Assembly (NCBI GenBank): GCA_951406725.2
Contig: OX597830.1
Span: 41,602,001-41,666,000, forward strand
DNA length: 64,000 nucleotides
Source: Octopus vulgaris
Lineage: Eukaryota
Reading direction: 5' to 3'
The translations under genes and the position numbers were made by a program. The notes under the pieces are model-generated. The model did not search any database. It worked only from the letters and a program-made list of their open reading frames with translations, and was not told the origin of the DNA. Shown one piece after another: positions 12,051 to 25,895 of the stretch. Within the stretch, counting starts at the first letter, position 1. Every line of letters begins with the position of its first letter.

Positions 12051-14691
12051 TGATGAGTATTCTTATTGATCTGAAATCAATGGAACATGAAATTGACATG
12101 CAAATGGCTGAGCACTCTACAGACAGACATGCCTTTAACATGGTTCTCAGGGAAATTCAGCATAACACACCAAATATGACAAGGCTGGCCCTTTGAAATA
12201 CAAGGACAATTCCTCTTTTTGTCAGCTGAATAGACTGGAGCAATGTGAAATAAAGTGTCTTGCCCAAGGACACAATACACTGCCAAGAATTGAACTCACA
12301 ACCTTACAATCATAAGAAGAATAATCTAACCACTAAGATCTTTTGTTTCTATGCTACATTATATATTCAATAAAGTCAGCAGAGTGGATGAAACCAGGTC
12401 ATTTGACAAATTTGGCCCACAAGCTGTTGTTAGCTGACCCTTGCTCTAAGGGTTTTTTTTTTTATATCTGCCACTCAGAATGGTCACAGGGGAAGACAGA
12501 TTCATCGCTACAGTTATTTTTAAGTCTTTGATACCCCTATTTAAATATTAACTTTAAAAAAAGATTTCAGATGTAAATAGCTTGTTAGTAACAACATCAA
12601 CAGTAAGACTTTAATGCATGAATAGATAAATAAACATAAGTGGTTATATGTGCCAACTAAGCTTATAGTAAGTAAGATGGTGCTGTGATAAATGGTCGCC
12701 TGGAACCCAATCACCGTAGTCTAATATTACATGTGTGTATGTTAAAAATGTGGTGGTGGTAGGCAGGATGTTGAAATGTAACAAAGGGGCATTGAATAAA
12801 TGGAGCTAAAAGAAAAAAGACCAATTAAAAAAGTTTTCAAATAGGCATGAATGACTTTTTACAAGAAGCAGGGCCACATAAGACATGGCTCATCATCAAG
12901 TGGGTTGTACTAGTAAAAAAATTTAAAGGTAAATTTTTGTTAGACATGCTACCCAGAAAGTCCTCAGGGCTGCAGCTTGACCATGACTGTTTCAGAAACA
13001 TTGCTATACTTGGTTGCTTGTTCTGCTAGAAATAGCAACTAAATCTCCAATAAACCAAAGTCTCTGAGAATGAGAGCACACATTTGATACTGTACTTCTA
13101 GCTCACTCTAAAAAGATGGGATGGATGCAGCTGGAATGTCTTTAGATTATGGATCTGCTCTATACAGAGCTTATTTGGAGTTAAATGATGTGAAAATGAA
13201 GAAGCTTTGGAGTGGTTGCTCAACCTGCTAAAAGTTGAATCTCCCTTAAATTACACTCAATTATGTTATATACAGACATGCCACATAAGATAATTAACAC
13301 TGAGATAGTCACAGCTGGAATGTCTTTAATCATAAGTCTGATTGATCTTGGTTAACTTGGAGCTGAACAACAACAATAAAAAAACCTTTCCTGCTCTTAT
13401 AATACCACCTGATACTCAAACCTTAGTTTATTTCTCCTTCACAGCTGACATGGTAAAAACCCAGATTATCCACTACCTTTTTTTTTAAATTCAATATCTT
13501 GATCACCCATTGAGAAGCTTATAAAATCAAAAACAGCACCCATGACTTTTGGTGACATTTTTTCCATGCTCAGAATTGTTGAAAAAATGAATACATTTCC
13601 TACGACTGCTATTAGCCCTCAGGGTACTGCATCCTTTAAAAATTCCATACTTTGTGAAATTTACCAACTCAACTTCTGACATGCATATGCACTCTTGCTG
13701 AATCTCTCTGAGAACTACATTATGGTATGCATGTCTGTGGAGTACTTTTACAAGCTGACTGTTCTGTTGATCAGATAAACAGGAGTCTTATTGTCGTAAG
13801 CAATGGAATGCCATTTCTTAAAAAGAGTGAAAGAAAAGGAAATGTTCCATATCATGAGGCAAAAATGTTGTGTTTAGTATAAGCAGTGAAAACTAAAACA
13901 AAAATAGCTATTCTGTCGTATAGTGAGTTTGCCCTGGACTCACGCTCAGTTTGATAACAACAGCTTGCACATCGGTATTTATCTGGGGGCTTGGCCTCCA
14001 GATCTGTGAGACACACAAATGCCACTGTTAGGACCAGATTAACACCCACAATGACCCTAACTACTAAAAAGATTTTCCTGACCCTATATAGGATCTTATT
14101 TCATTTTCTTCCAACCACTTGAAGTTTTATCTTGCTCCAGTCCACTCAGCTGGCCAAAATGAGTTGTAGGTGTAATCGAAAGAGGCCAGCCTTGCCATAT
14201 TGTGTGTGAAGCTGAATCTCTCTGAGAACTGCATTAATGGTATGCATGTCTGTGGAGTACTCAGCCACTTGCAAGTTAATTTTATCCTTGTGTGGTAATG
14301 AAAAGTGAAAGTGACATCCACTTAACTGCAATGCTGTAGTTATTTGTCTTTAATGTGTCTATGTATCAACTTTTCTTTCAAGCTATGTATCTACTGTCTC
14401 TCTTACTTCCTCTGTGCCTCTCTTCTCTCCCACTTTTAATTTAACAATGTGTGAATGTATCTATGTGTCTACTTTTCTCTCAATATATGCATCAGTTTAC
14501 TCTGAAAATACTGATAAACATTTTACCTCTCCCTTCAACTATAGAAAAGTAACAGTAACATCCACAGCTATTTGCTGAGAGAGGCAGACAGACAGAATAA
14601 CCTTTTTAACTCTTCCTTTGAAGTAAGTGTGACACACATCACAGGTACATACAAAAACAAAAAAAAAACTAAGCATATTAATATTATTGAT

Positions 14692-15052
14692 TATTACCTC
14701 TGACTTAGCAAAGGCGGAGGTATTGTTTTCAGTCATGTTTGTTTGTTTGTCCATGGACAAGATATCTCAAGAACCACTGGATGAATTTGGATGAAACTTT
14801 GGATGTTTGGCCATGTAACTGGCACGAACTGATTAGCTTTTGGGATTGATCCAGGACTTGACAAGGATTCTGGATAATTTTTCCTGTTGTTTTACTTAAT
14901 TTTTCAGAGTGGTTGGTTTCGTTTTTAATATTGTCATTTGTGAGAGCAGTTGAGTTTATTTGAGATATTCTCATTTTAAAAATCTTCTCTGGCTAATCGT
15001 TGAGAGGATGTTGGTGCTGCTCTGGTGGAGGTTTGCGCTCTCTGAGTGCTCA
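14692..15052 (+). mobile_element. Helentron-associated (HINE/DINE-1-like) non-autonomous element, copy 1
   Basis: 5' hairpin TACCTC..GGCGGAGGTA, (GTTT)n, 3' subterminal repeat GGTGGAGGT and terminal stem-loop GCGCTC-TCT-GAGTGC. Homologous copy at 51901-52256. Confidence 0.7.
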
Positions 15053-16163
15053 TTATTATTAAGGCAGCAAGCTGGCATACCAGGGAGAATGCTTAGCGGC
15101 ATTTTGTCCATCTCTACATTCTGAGTTCAACTTTGCCTTCCATCCTTTCATGGTTGATAAAATAAGTTCCAACTTATTTCAAATCCTGCCAAAATTTCCG
15201 ACCTTATGCCTATAATAGAAAGGATTATTATTATTAAGGCGGCAAGCTGGCAGAATCGTTAGCATGCTGGGCAAAATGTTTAGCTTTATTCACCCATCAC
15301 TACATTCTGAGGTCAACTTTGCCTTTCATCCTTTTGGGGTCAATAAATTGTGTACCAGTGAAACACTGAAGTCGATATAATCAACTAGTCTCCTTCCCGA
15401 AAATTTCAGAAAGGATTATTATTATTATTATTATTAACAATTGTATTTCATGAGTCAATGAGAAAACTTCTATGAAGCAGTACAACCAGGTATAAATTGT
15501 TGCAAAATTCCCTCAAATAATACTCTACCAGCTAAGTATGCAAAGGACAGATTGGAGAATGATGTCTAACAAACCACCTAACAAGAAATGACAATCACAG
15601 CTGAAAATTAAAGTTGATTTGGTGCTAAACATCATCATCTAATGCCCATGTTCCTTACTAGCATGGATTGGATAGTTTAAACAGGATCCAATTGGCTCAA
15701 GGGCTGTATTATGCTCTAGCATCTGCTTTTGTATGGTCTCTACAGCTGGATGACCTTCCTAATACCACTACTTTATACAGGGTACTTTTTTATGCCTCAA
15801 GCACTAGAATGGCTTTCATGTGGTTTGCAAGTCCAACAACATTTATGTTGTTTGCCCTTTAAATACCAACCCACACTTAGTTCTTCCTGTTTTGAAGTGA
15901 TCTAAATTCAAACCTTTCATCGAAATTTCATGTTAATTTTATGTTCCAAATCCAACTTAATATCACTCTTTTTTTTACTCTTTTACTTGTTTCAGTCATT
16001 TGACTGTGGCCATGCTGGAGCACCACCTTTAGTCGAGCAATTCGACCCCAGGACTTATTCTATCAGTCTCTTTTGCCGAACTGCTAAGTTACGGGGATAT
16101 AAACACACCAGCATCGGTTGTCAAGCGATGTTTGGGAGACAAACACAGACATATACACACACG

Positions 16164-16204
<41 letters not shown>

Positions 16205-17044
16205 CGGGCTCCTTTCAGTTTCCATCTACCAAATCCACTCACAAGGCTGTGGTCGGCCCAAGTCTATAGTAGAAGACACTTGCCCAAGGTGCCATGCAGT
16301 AGGACTGAACACGGAACCATGTGGTTGGTAAGCAAGCTACTTACCAACCATGTGGTTGGTAAGCAAGCTACTTACCACACAGCCACTTCTATGTCTATAC
16401 TGTCAAAGCTATTTTGATAAATGTTTTTTTTATTTTCAAAATTAACTGAAACAAAGGCAGGGTATTTCAACAGAAATCATCATCATCATTGTTTAATGTC
16501 TGTCTTCCATGCTAGAAATATGGTAACAAAAGAGTTAATGACCCAAAGCTACTACTAATAACTTGATACATTATTAGAAAGTAGAAAGTCACTTAATATA
16601 ACATTTAAAACCCATTCCAATTATTTAATTAAGCACATTTACGAAAATAGCTGTGACCCAAATATACTCGCATATAAATTTCTAATCGTGGCACGTGGCA
16701 CAAAGCCACACATTTTAAGTTGATTTAGTTACCTTTATTGGTAGTTATTCTATGCCTTATGCCCTTCTATTTTATTGAATTATTGCTATTGGGGCACTTA
16801 TTCTATGTTTGACTCTGCAAATCATTCGTTAAACCTTTGACAGAATGAATAACAAATCAATGAGATGTGATTTGATCTTAGAATATAAAACATTATAAGA
16901 ATGACACAAAATACACTTGATTCCACTATACACTGTGTTTATATACATACATCACTATATCGACCAGACTAATGGATGTGTGATACATCACTGGTCACAT
17001 GCATGCACACACACACACACACACACATTAAGAACATTAACAAA

Positions 17045-18187
17045 ATATTGAAACCATATTTGCACTTTATTTTATCACAATTAGCATACATTAATTCAAA
17101 AATATATTTGAAGATATGATAAAGGAATTTTAATCGATAAATGGCAATTTTATTTATTCTTCTGCAACATTATCAAACAATATGGTTTAATTTTTCTGTA
17201 AAGAATCATAGACGAGTTTGTGTATGGAATAAATCAAAAACCATTTTTCATTTAATAGGAATGACAAAAAGACAAAAAATAGTGTTTAAAATACCAAATA
17301 TTACAATTAAAGAATTGTTTAATATTTTCCCTTTTTCTTTCAAGTAAAGATGAAAATTCATGTTGTTACAGAACTTTTTCACAATATTTAGCTGTGTATG
17401 TGAATAGTGTCAATCATCAAATATTTCCAATTCCTCATGGCAAACCAACTTCTAACATTTCTTTTTAACTATTTAAATTCATTAATTGTCAACACAGATG
17501 TCTATTAATCACTAACTTCCTCTTATATTAATGTACAGCATTACGACTATCAACTGGTTTCATTATTTAACAACTAAATTACCTCTCATCGACTCTAGTC
17601 ATTATTTTTCTTTTCTTTCTTTTTTTTTTATTTTCAATAAATTATAAATATTCAATAAAGAACCTCAAAAAGGCCTTTTGTATTAGTATTTGGTTTGCAT
17701 GATTCCTGAGGTTCACCATAGGCAGCAGCTTTAGTCAGAGAGTGATGGGATGAAAATAGCTTGGATGGGGTTGATACGGTTGGTGCTGTGTTTTAAGAGA
17801 AAAGTGTTTAAGTATCAAGCTTAAGAAAGGGAAAACACAGGAGGAGACAAAAGGTGGGCCTACCAAGTGGGCATGGTAGTGAGTTGACTGACAAGTTGTG
17901 AAAAGAAGCACTTGCAGCTGTAGTACTAAATTCAAGGCTGGGTTCAGAAAAATAGGGGTAGGTTTTACACAGTGCACCTGTGAGGCCCATCACTTAAAGT
18001 GCTGGTAGATGTGCATGCATGTAGGATGTGGGCCAATGCATATTAACAAAATAAAACTCATGGGAAATTTTTTAAAATAAAGGTAATAAAAAAAGATTGT
18101 CTTGCACACACACACATATATGCACACACACACATATATACACACACACAAACATATAATCTATACATATAACACATATATACATGC

Positions 18188-18235
<48 letters not shown>

Positions 18236-18380
18236 ATGTGTATGTGTGTGTATATATGTATGTGTGTGTGTGTGTATCAAAAATATACAATGTAAACTAT
18301 AATCAAGATATAAAGAAATTTTTTCATTGAACAATGAAAATCAAAAGAATGATGCATTTTCTATTTCTGTGCCACACTTC
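17045..18380 (-). other. PEPD: Probable PEPD 3'UTR with candidate poly(A) signal
   Basis: SINE-free AT-rich stretch after the stop codon. AATAAA on the minus strand (TTTATT at 17066-17071). The true end is not determinable without RNA data. Confidence 0.4.
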
Positions 18381-18539
18381 TTATTGCTTCCCAACAATAC
18401 ATGGGATTTCTGAAGGCAGAGGAAGTGTTGGTTCTGGTCTACTTCTGAAGAAATTTTCAATTTCCTCCACAGTTCTTGGAACATTGGTCATCATTTCAAC
18501 ACCATCATCAGTCACAATCACATCATCTTCAATTCTCAC
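18381..18539 (-). CDS. PEPD: PEPD exon 16 ([28 protein letters not shown]...CIVGKQ*)
   Basis: Acceptor CCCCAACAG; stop TAA at 18381-18383. Confidence 0.97.
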   Translation of the reverse strand: MRIEDDVIVTDDGVEMMTNVPRTVEEIENFFRSRPEPTLPLPSEIPCIVGKQ

Positions 18540-20881
18540 CTGTTGGGGTAAGAAGAACAAGGAAGTGTAATTTATCATCATTGTTTAATGTCTGACATAT
18601 ATTTGGTATTTCATACTGAGAGAGAGAGAGATGCACCAAGCCCCTAAGTTGTTAAGGTATCCTCATGCTTCATGTCTAGCTCCAGATTATCTACAAACCA
18701 GCAGATTTATTATCAAAGGTGATCCTGCTGTGATCATCCTGTCTTTTATGCAGACATAATGTATCTAGGACAAGATTGTTTAAGGTGTCTCTCCTTTCTT
18801 TTTGAGAGAAATTTCAGTTATTTCTAGCAATTCAAGTAACCCCAAGAAGCTCCTTTGTAGACTTATGAGATGGTTGATGAGAACAGCATTAAGTTACTGG
18901 CCAAGATGCCTTTCAAATGGGTCAATGCATATACTCATAAATAGTTACCACAAGACAGGAATAGTTCACTGCTGTGAATAGCAGAAGTGTTATGTAATCA
19001 AAGAGTTTTCCTCTAGGTTGCAGCATTAAGCTTTTGAAATTCTACCATAACTATAGCTCTGCCAAGTTGACTTATTCTAGAAAGACTAAATAAAGATAAA
19101 GTCTTTAGTGGTACCTTAACAATTCCACAACTTAAGGCACTTGTGAAGTGTTAAGTTTCTTTTAATTGACATCCTGCATGTTCATCATTTACAGGTGGAT
19201 AAATATTTTGCCTTGTGTGATGCCAAGAACCAAAGTTGCTTTTCTGAATGATTGTACATAAAGTAATGGATAACATTCTTCTCTGGAATGGTTAGTTGTT
19301 TTAAAAGCAGATTCCAACATTTCACAAAATAACCTTTTCTTAAGTACCAGCAGTTCAAACGGCCATGGATTAATTTTGATCTCATTTTCATTGAACAGAG
19401 AAGAAATAAACAAGTCTCTCTCTCACACACACACAAACAGAATGCTGATCTGTTGTAACTATTCAAAAAACTATATATAAAATTAGGTGCATCAAAGAAA
19501 GTGGCTTGGCTTCATCCAAAACACCAACAGTGGATATTCAGAACTCATGACTATGCCCAACATTTTTTCTACTTAACCGTATCACTTCTTAAACAGACAA
19601 AACATATTTTCCAAATTTTTCTCAATTTTCAAATTTATCTAACTTCTGCTAGCTTAGCAAAAAAATGTCAAAATTATTAGAGATGAAATTTTTTAAAAAT
19701 ATATTTAGATAACATACTCCACCACTGTTACGATATTCATCTATGACAGATGGAACTAGAAACTTAGCTTGGTTTGGATCAGCAAGAGCAGCATCAAGGA
19801 GCTAAAAAGTAGAAAAAATGAGAAACACAACAAATGAATACACAATGCAAGTTAGCAAAATATAGACTAATTAAAAACACAGTGAAAACCATAAAAAGAA
19901 CGTATTAATTTCACCAATCTTGGAAGGTCCTGTAAAAACCATAAGCACATCTCCTTCAGACCAAACCATGATTCCCGGTTCAGTCCCACAGCATGGCACC
20001 TTGGGCAAGTGTCTTCTACTATAGTCTTGGAGTCTTGAACTGATCAAAGCTTTGTGAATGGATTTAGGAGATGGAAACTGAAACGCTGGATTGCATGTTC
20101 ATTTCTCCTTTTGCCATCTGTGATTTGATTTTATCTTCTTTATAAATGAAGATATTTCCTCCATCTGGCTGCTTTACTTTCTACAAAATGGGAAGTTACA
20201 TTGTGGAACTGTTATTTTGACGAGTTGTATTTATTTATCACTCGACAAGATACATCTGCACTGCCCGATGCTCCTGAACCAGTTGTGTGTCCCACCCATG
20301 AGGAATCAATGCTAGATGCGTCGAAACAATTGTCTTCATTAATAATAATTTCTTGTATATTCCATCTTCTGTCTTTCATTTGCCATATATATATATATAT
20401 ATAGACAGATAGACATATATATGATGGGCTTCTTTCATATGTGTGGCTGTGATTATCCCTCCAACACTTGCTTGACAACTGGTGTTGGTATGTTTACATC
20501 CCCATAACTTAGTGGTTCAGCAAAAAAGACCAACAAATAAGTACCAGGCTTTAAAATAAGCACTAAGGTTGATTCATTTGACTAAAAATTCTTCCAGGTG
20601 TTGCCTTAACATGGCCACAGTCCAATTGACCGAAACAAGTAAAAAAAAATAAACAAACAAGAAATAACAAGTGATTTTAAATAATACAGTTCTATATTTA
20701 AGAGATGAGGAATTATGTACATTATTTACATTTGACGGATATTTGTCCTCATCTTGTTTGTTGTTAACACATTTCGGCTGATACACCCTCCAGCCTTCAT
20801 CAGGTGTCTAGGTGAAATTTCAAACCTGGCTTCTCATTCCTAAGGTATTTGCCGGCAGCGGCGCCGTCATCATCATCATCA

Positions 20882-20944
<63 letters not shown>

Positions 20945-23900
20945 TCACTGCCTGGGATCGAACTCAGAATCTTGGGGTTACTAGCCTGTGCTCTTAACCA
21001 CTACACCACATGCCTGTGGGCATATGGCATAGTGGCTAAGGGTGCGGGTTTAACCCAAGGATTCTGAGTTCGATTGTAGGCAGTGACGAGGAGGAGAAGA
21101 AAAGGATGAGGAAGAAGAAGAAGAAGAAGAAGACGATGGCCGCTGCCGCCGCCGCCACCATCATCGAAATATACCTTAGGAATGAGAACCCAGGTTTGAA
21201 ATTTCCACAAGACACCTGATGAAGGCTGGAGGGTACATCAGCTGAAATGTGTTAACAACAAACAAGATGAGGACAGATATCCGTCGAATGTAAATAATGT
21301 GATTTTAAATGTTCCTCCTAAATTGTTTTAAGGTCTACCTTTCTATGACTGCACAGGTTAGAGTTTATTGAAAAGGATTTTGAGGGGCTTGATGCCTTTC
21401 CTGTCACCAACACTCGCCTATTTCCAAACAAGGTAACATTTCCCCATGACCAGACATGTTTTTATGGCAGATTGAAAATGAATGACATTGCTTGTATGAT
21501 GGTGACATTCTCTTAGAATGATCAGATGATGTCAAGACAAGGAGACACAAACATTCACACATACACATACATACATGCATACATACATATGTATACATGT
21601 ATGTACAAACACACTTATACACAATGGGCCTTTTTCGGTTTCCGTTTACCAAATCCACTAGTAAGCTTCTTTCACCTGACAGCTATAGCAAAAGACACTT
21701 GCCAAAAGTGCCATGCAATGGGACTGAAACCAAAACCACATGGTTGTGAATCAAATTCTTTACCACATACCCACACCTGTGCCAGTGTAGTATAGATAAG
21801 TTTATAGGTTCCAAAATTTGGCACAAGGTCAGCAGTTTTGAGGGGAGGATATAAGCTGATTGTTTCAACATCAGTATTTGACTGGCTTTAAGGGTGTCAC
21901 AAAAGGCCAGGTTGAAGGCCCAACCTTCCGAGTTCTTTTACAGGGCTTAGAAAAACTGAAGGGCTGCTGCAATAAGTGCATGAATCTAAGAGGAGAATAT
22001 GTTGAATAAAATCATAATTAACTGATCCTCCTGTATTCCCTTTTACCCAAAGACCTTTTCAGCACTCCCTCATAAGTACTAGGGTTAGTACAGTTGGCTA
22101 AAACCCTCCAAGACAGTGCCCCACCATGGCTGCAGTCAAATGAGTGAAATGAGTCAAAGATAAAAGAATAAAAGTAAAGAAATAAAACCGCATAAATGAA
22201 CAAGATACTACAATTTAAAGGAATCTCATATGTGGATGTTATGAAATTAATGGTGCCATCACTAAAATTATACTCACAACATTGTTAAAATATATTCCTG
22301 GTTCAATTGTCAGAACCATTCGTGGTTGTAGATTACGATTAGTTCGAAGAGAACGCAACCCTGGTTCAGTTGATCTTTCTCCACCCTTGGTTAAAAAAAC
22401 AGTAGCAAACAAATAAGAAACATATTAACAAACATACAAAACAAAACAGAACAAAAAAATCTTTTGGGTCATTCAAATTAAATGAAATATATTATTGTCA
22501 GTTTGTTCACAATGTCTTTTCCATCTTGTCAGCCAAGACCATGAGGTGGGTTGAAAAACCTCTTTTGGATATTATTATAAACTACTGTTTACCTCAGTCA
22601 CAGTTTTAGGTTTGATTAAGAGTGTTTTTATAGCAATACACAAGATTTTATCTTTGTGACATGTGGTTTCAACACCTCCTTGGCCTTCTTTTACAAAGCA
22701 ATAGCTTGTTTTTTGTTTTTTGTAGACTAACACAGTTTACCTATTGAATACAAACAATAAAACTTCCTAGATGAATGACATACAAAAGAAATTTCATCAA
22801 CTTAACACACAAAAAAATGTTGACTCATAAACTTGTTGCAACTACTTGCTTCACAGATTTACTGTTCCTCTGCTTCACTAAACTATAGTTTCACTAAACT
22901 ACCAAGCCTATAACAGTTCCCATCCTTCTGAACCCAAGGTTCACAAATCTCTTTCCTGCTTCCATCATTTTTACTGTCTTAAATGTTTTGCCCAACCTTT
23001 TCCCCTCAGAATTGGAACCTCTGCCTATGTTTTCTTTACAAAAATTTTGCACAAGTTTAAGCAGTACATAAATTGGTTCAATCAATCTGGAGGACCTCCA
23101 ACAGTTATAAGCTCTGCATTCTTCCTTTAATTAAATCCCAAAAAGAAAGTCATCTTTTTAGATCTTGTCCATCTCCAAGTTTGGATAAGCTTTAAAAGGC
23201 ATGGCTTTGTGCCCAGCATTGCAAGCTGACAAAATGCTCATCTATTATACAAGTGAAAATTATTTCCTTGTGGTATTTATTTCCTGGTTGCTAGCTTATG
23301 GCTTCGTAGCACTAATGAAAGAACACAAACTGACAAATTTTCACGCATCAGGCCATAATCCATCGCCCTACACATTCAGCTGTATGTTTAGATTGGATAT
23401 TACCATTTCTAATAACAAATTTACCATTTTTGACTTGCTGCTCAAACATACTTATTAATTAGAAAGGAAAAAAAAGAATATTCCTTTGAAATTAAAAGAT
23501 GAAAAACAATAATTCTATGAATTTATTGGCATTTCATGTCAAATACACAAAAACTGAAAAACAAACTGCTTCAAATTTTGGCACAAGGCCAATAATTTTA
23601 AGGATAGAAGTTTGGTCAATTAGGTCAACCCCAGTACTCAACTGGTACTTTTATTTTATGAACCCTAAAAGGATGAAAGCATAGTTAACCTTGGTTGGAT
23701 TTCATCTCAGAATATAATGAACCAAGAAGAAATCATGCAATTCTGCCATTTTGCTGCCTTTAATTGTTTCAAATTTTGGTACATGACCAAGAGAGACCGT
23801 AATCGTGACCTATGTTAGTGCAGCATAACCAGCCCATTTAAGAGTACCCTTCAATCATTGGGCAATAAACTGTGCTTGCAAAGACCTGTTGAGTCAAGTC

Positions 23901-24372
23901 AAGTCATTGTGGCCAATGCCAGTACCACCTGATGTAAGGAGCACCATTCAAGCATAGTCAATGCCAGTACCACCTGACTGGCCCTCAGACTGGTGACAAG
24001 TAAAAAGCACCCACTACACTCTCGGTGTTAGGAAAGGCATCCAGCTGTAGAAATCCTGCCAGATCAGATTGTAGCCTGGTACAGGCTTCTGGCTTGCCAG
24101 TCCTCAGTCAAACCGTCCAACCCATGCCACCATGGAAAGCGGACATTAAATGACAATGATGATGATGACCAGTAGCTTATTTTATCAACCCTTACCCCTT
24201 CAGGATGAAGATTTAAATGCAAAACACAAAGAGCCAACACAAAAGCCAAGTGCTGTAAAGCCTTTTTCCCCCAACACTCTAACTTGCTTGCCTAATAAAA
24301 ATAACAACAACAACAATAGCAATAATAATGATGATGATGATGATGATAATGATGATAATAATGATGATGATG

Positions 24373-24433
<61 letters not shown>

Positions 24434-24869
24434 TGAAAAGTAAAGTCAACCTAGGTGGAATTTGAACTCAGAACATACTGACGAGTGAAATACTGCTAAG
24501 CATTTTGTTCAGTGTGCTAATGATTCTGCCACCTCGCCACCTTAATAACAACAACAATAATAATATCAAAAGTAACATACTGCATTATAGCCACCAACAT
24601 CATGAGTATCAATTCCCATGAAATGTCCAAGACCATGAGGCATAAATATAGCACCCAGACGAACTTTCATCATTTCTTCAACATCTCCTTGAAGCAAACC
24701 AGCTTTTTTTAGCTCCTCCAATTGAATTCTTTCAGCAAGCTTATGCATATCCACCCAGGAGACACCTATTGAAGAAAGTACAAGTCAAGCATTTAATCAC
24801 TCATACAAATGGAGAGAAATGATTCAATTTGGTATACAGAATGTGTAAAAGGTGGATATTAAATGATGA

Positions 24870-24916
<47 letters not shown>

Positions 24917-25807
24917 TACATACTTACATACATACATGGTGCAATGGGTAAATTGTTGCCATTTTATATTTTTATTTTTAATTTCATGCATGCGTATTGT
25001 TTGTTTTCAATTTTGTGAACTACATAGTATGGTAGGGTCAGTTGGGCACTATCTGTGAGAAAAACAGCACCATAACACAATTCACTCAGCCAGAAATTTG
25101 GAAATGACATGCTGTACTGCTTGGCATTCATGCCAGAAACTCCAATACGAACATTTGAGAGTGTTTGGGTGTCACTCTGAGGACAGTGCATATACTGAGA
25201 ATGATAAAAATTAAACATCCAGTCAACATCATATCTCCATTCATCTTCCCACACAGCCTCAGACTCAACACAAAGGCCTACATCAAGTGCCTGGAGGAGG
25301 TAGTGCTGCCCTAGGCCAAGAGGGTGGCTGCTGGAAGACCCTGTGTCTAGCAACAGGACTCTGCACCATGCCACACAAGCAGGAGAATCTAGTCATGGCT
25401 GTCAGACAATTTCTGTGACATCAACCCTAACATATGGCCACTTAACTCCCCAGACTGCAACCCCCTTGATTATTATGTGTGGGGCACAGTCGAGTGAGAG
25501 ACCAACAAAACTCCTTGTAACACCAAAGATGAACTGAAGACAAGAGTTATGGCAGCGTTCACCAGCTTAAACAAGAAGACCATCCAGAAGAGTTGCAGCA
25601 GATTCCGAAGTCGTCTGAAGGTCATGGTTGAAACCAATGGCAATTTTATTGAATAAATTTACTCTTCAGTAATTCAACATATTCTTATGTAATTTTGGTA
25701 AATGTATCTGTTAAAATAAGATGTCAGTGTTATTTTCATTTTTGTATAATTTAAGCAACGATATATTCACAGTATCCTGTATATGTATATGTATATATGT
25801 ATATGTA

Positions 25808-25895
<88 letters not shown>

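Noticed and set aside
16315-16376. Perfect 31-bp tandem duplication
   Set aside because: Local slippage inside a family B SINE head; no sign of function.
18381-18401. C-terminal CIVGKQ of PEPD as a prenylation (CaaX) signal
   Set aside because: The Cys is sixth from the end, not fourth.
22500-23450. Possible additional exon or gene in PEPD intron 13
   Set aside because: Only faint LINE-like peptide traces (e.g. RWKRHCE on the minus strand) with many stops; PEPD is complete without it.
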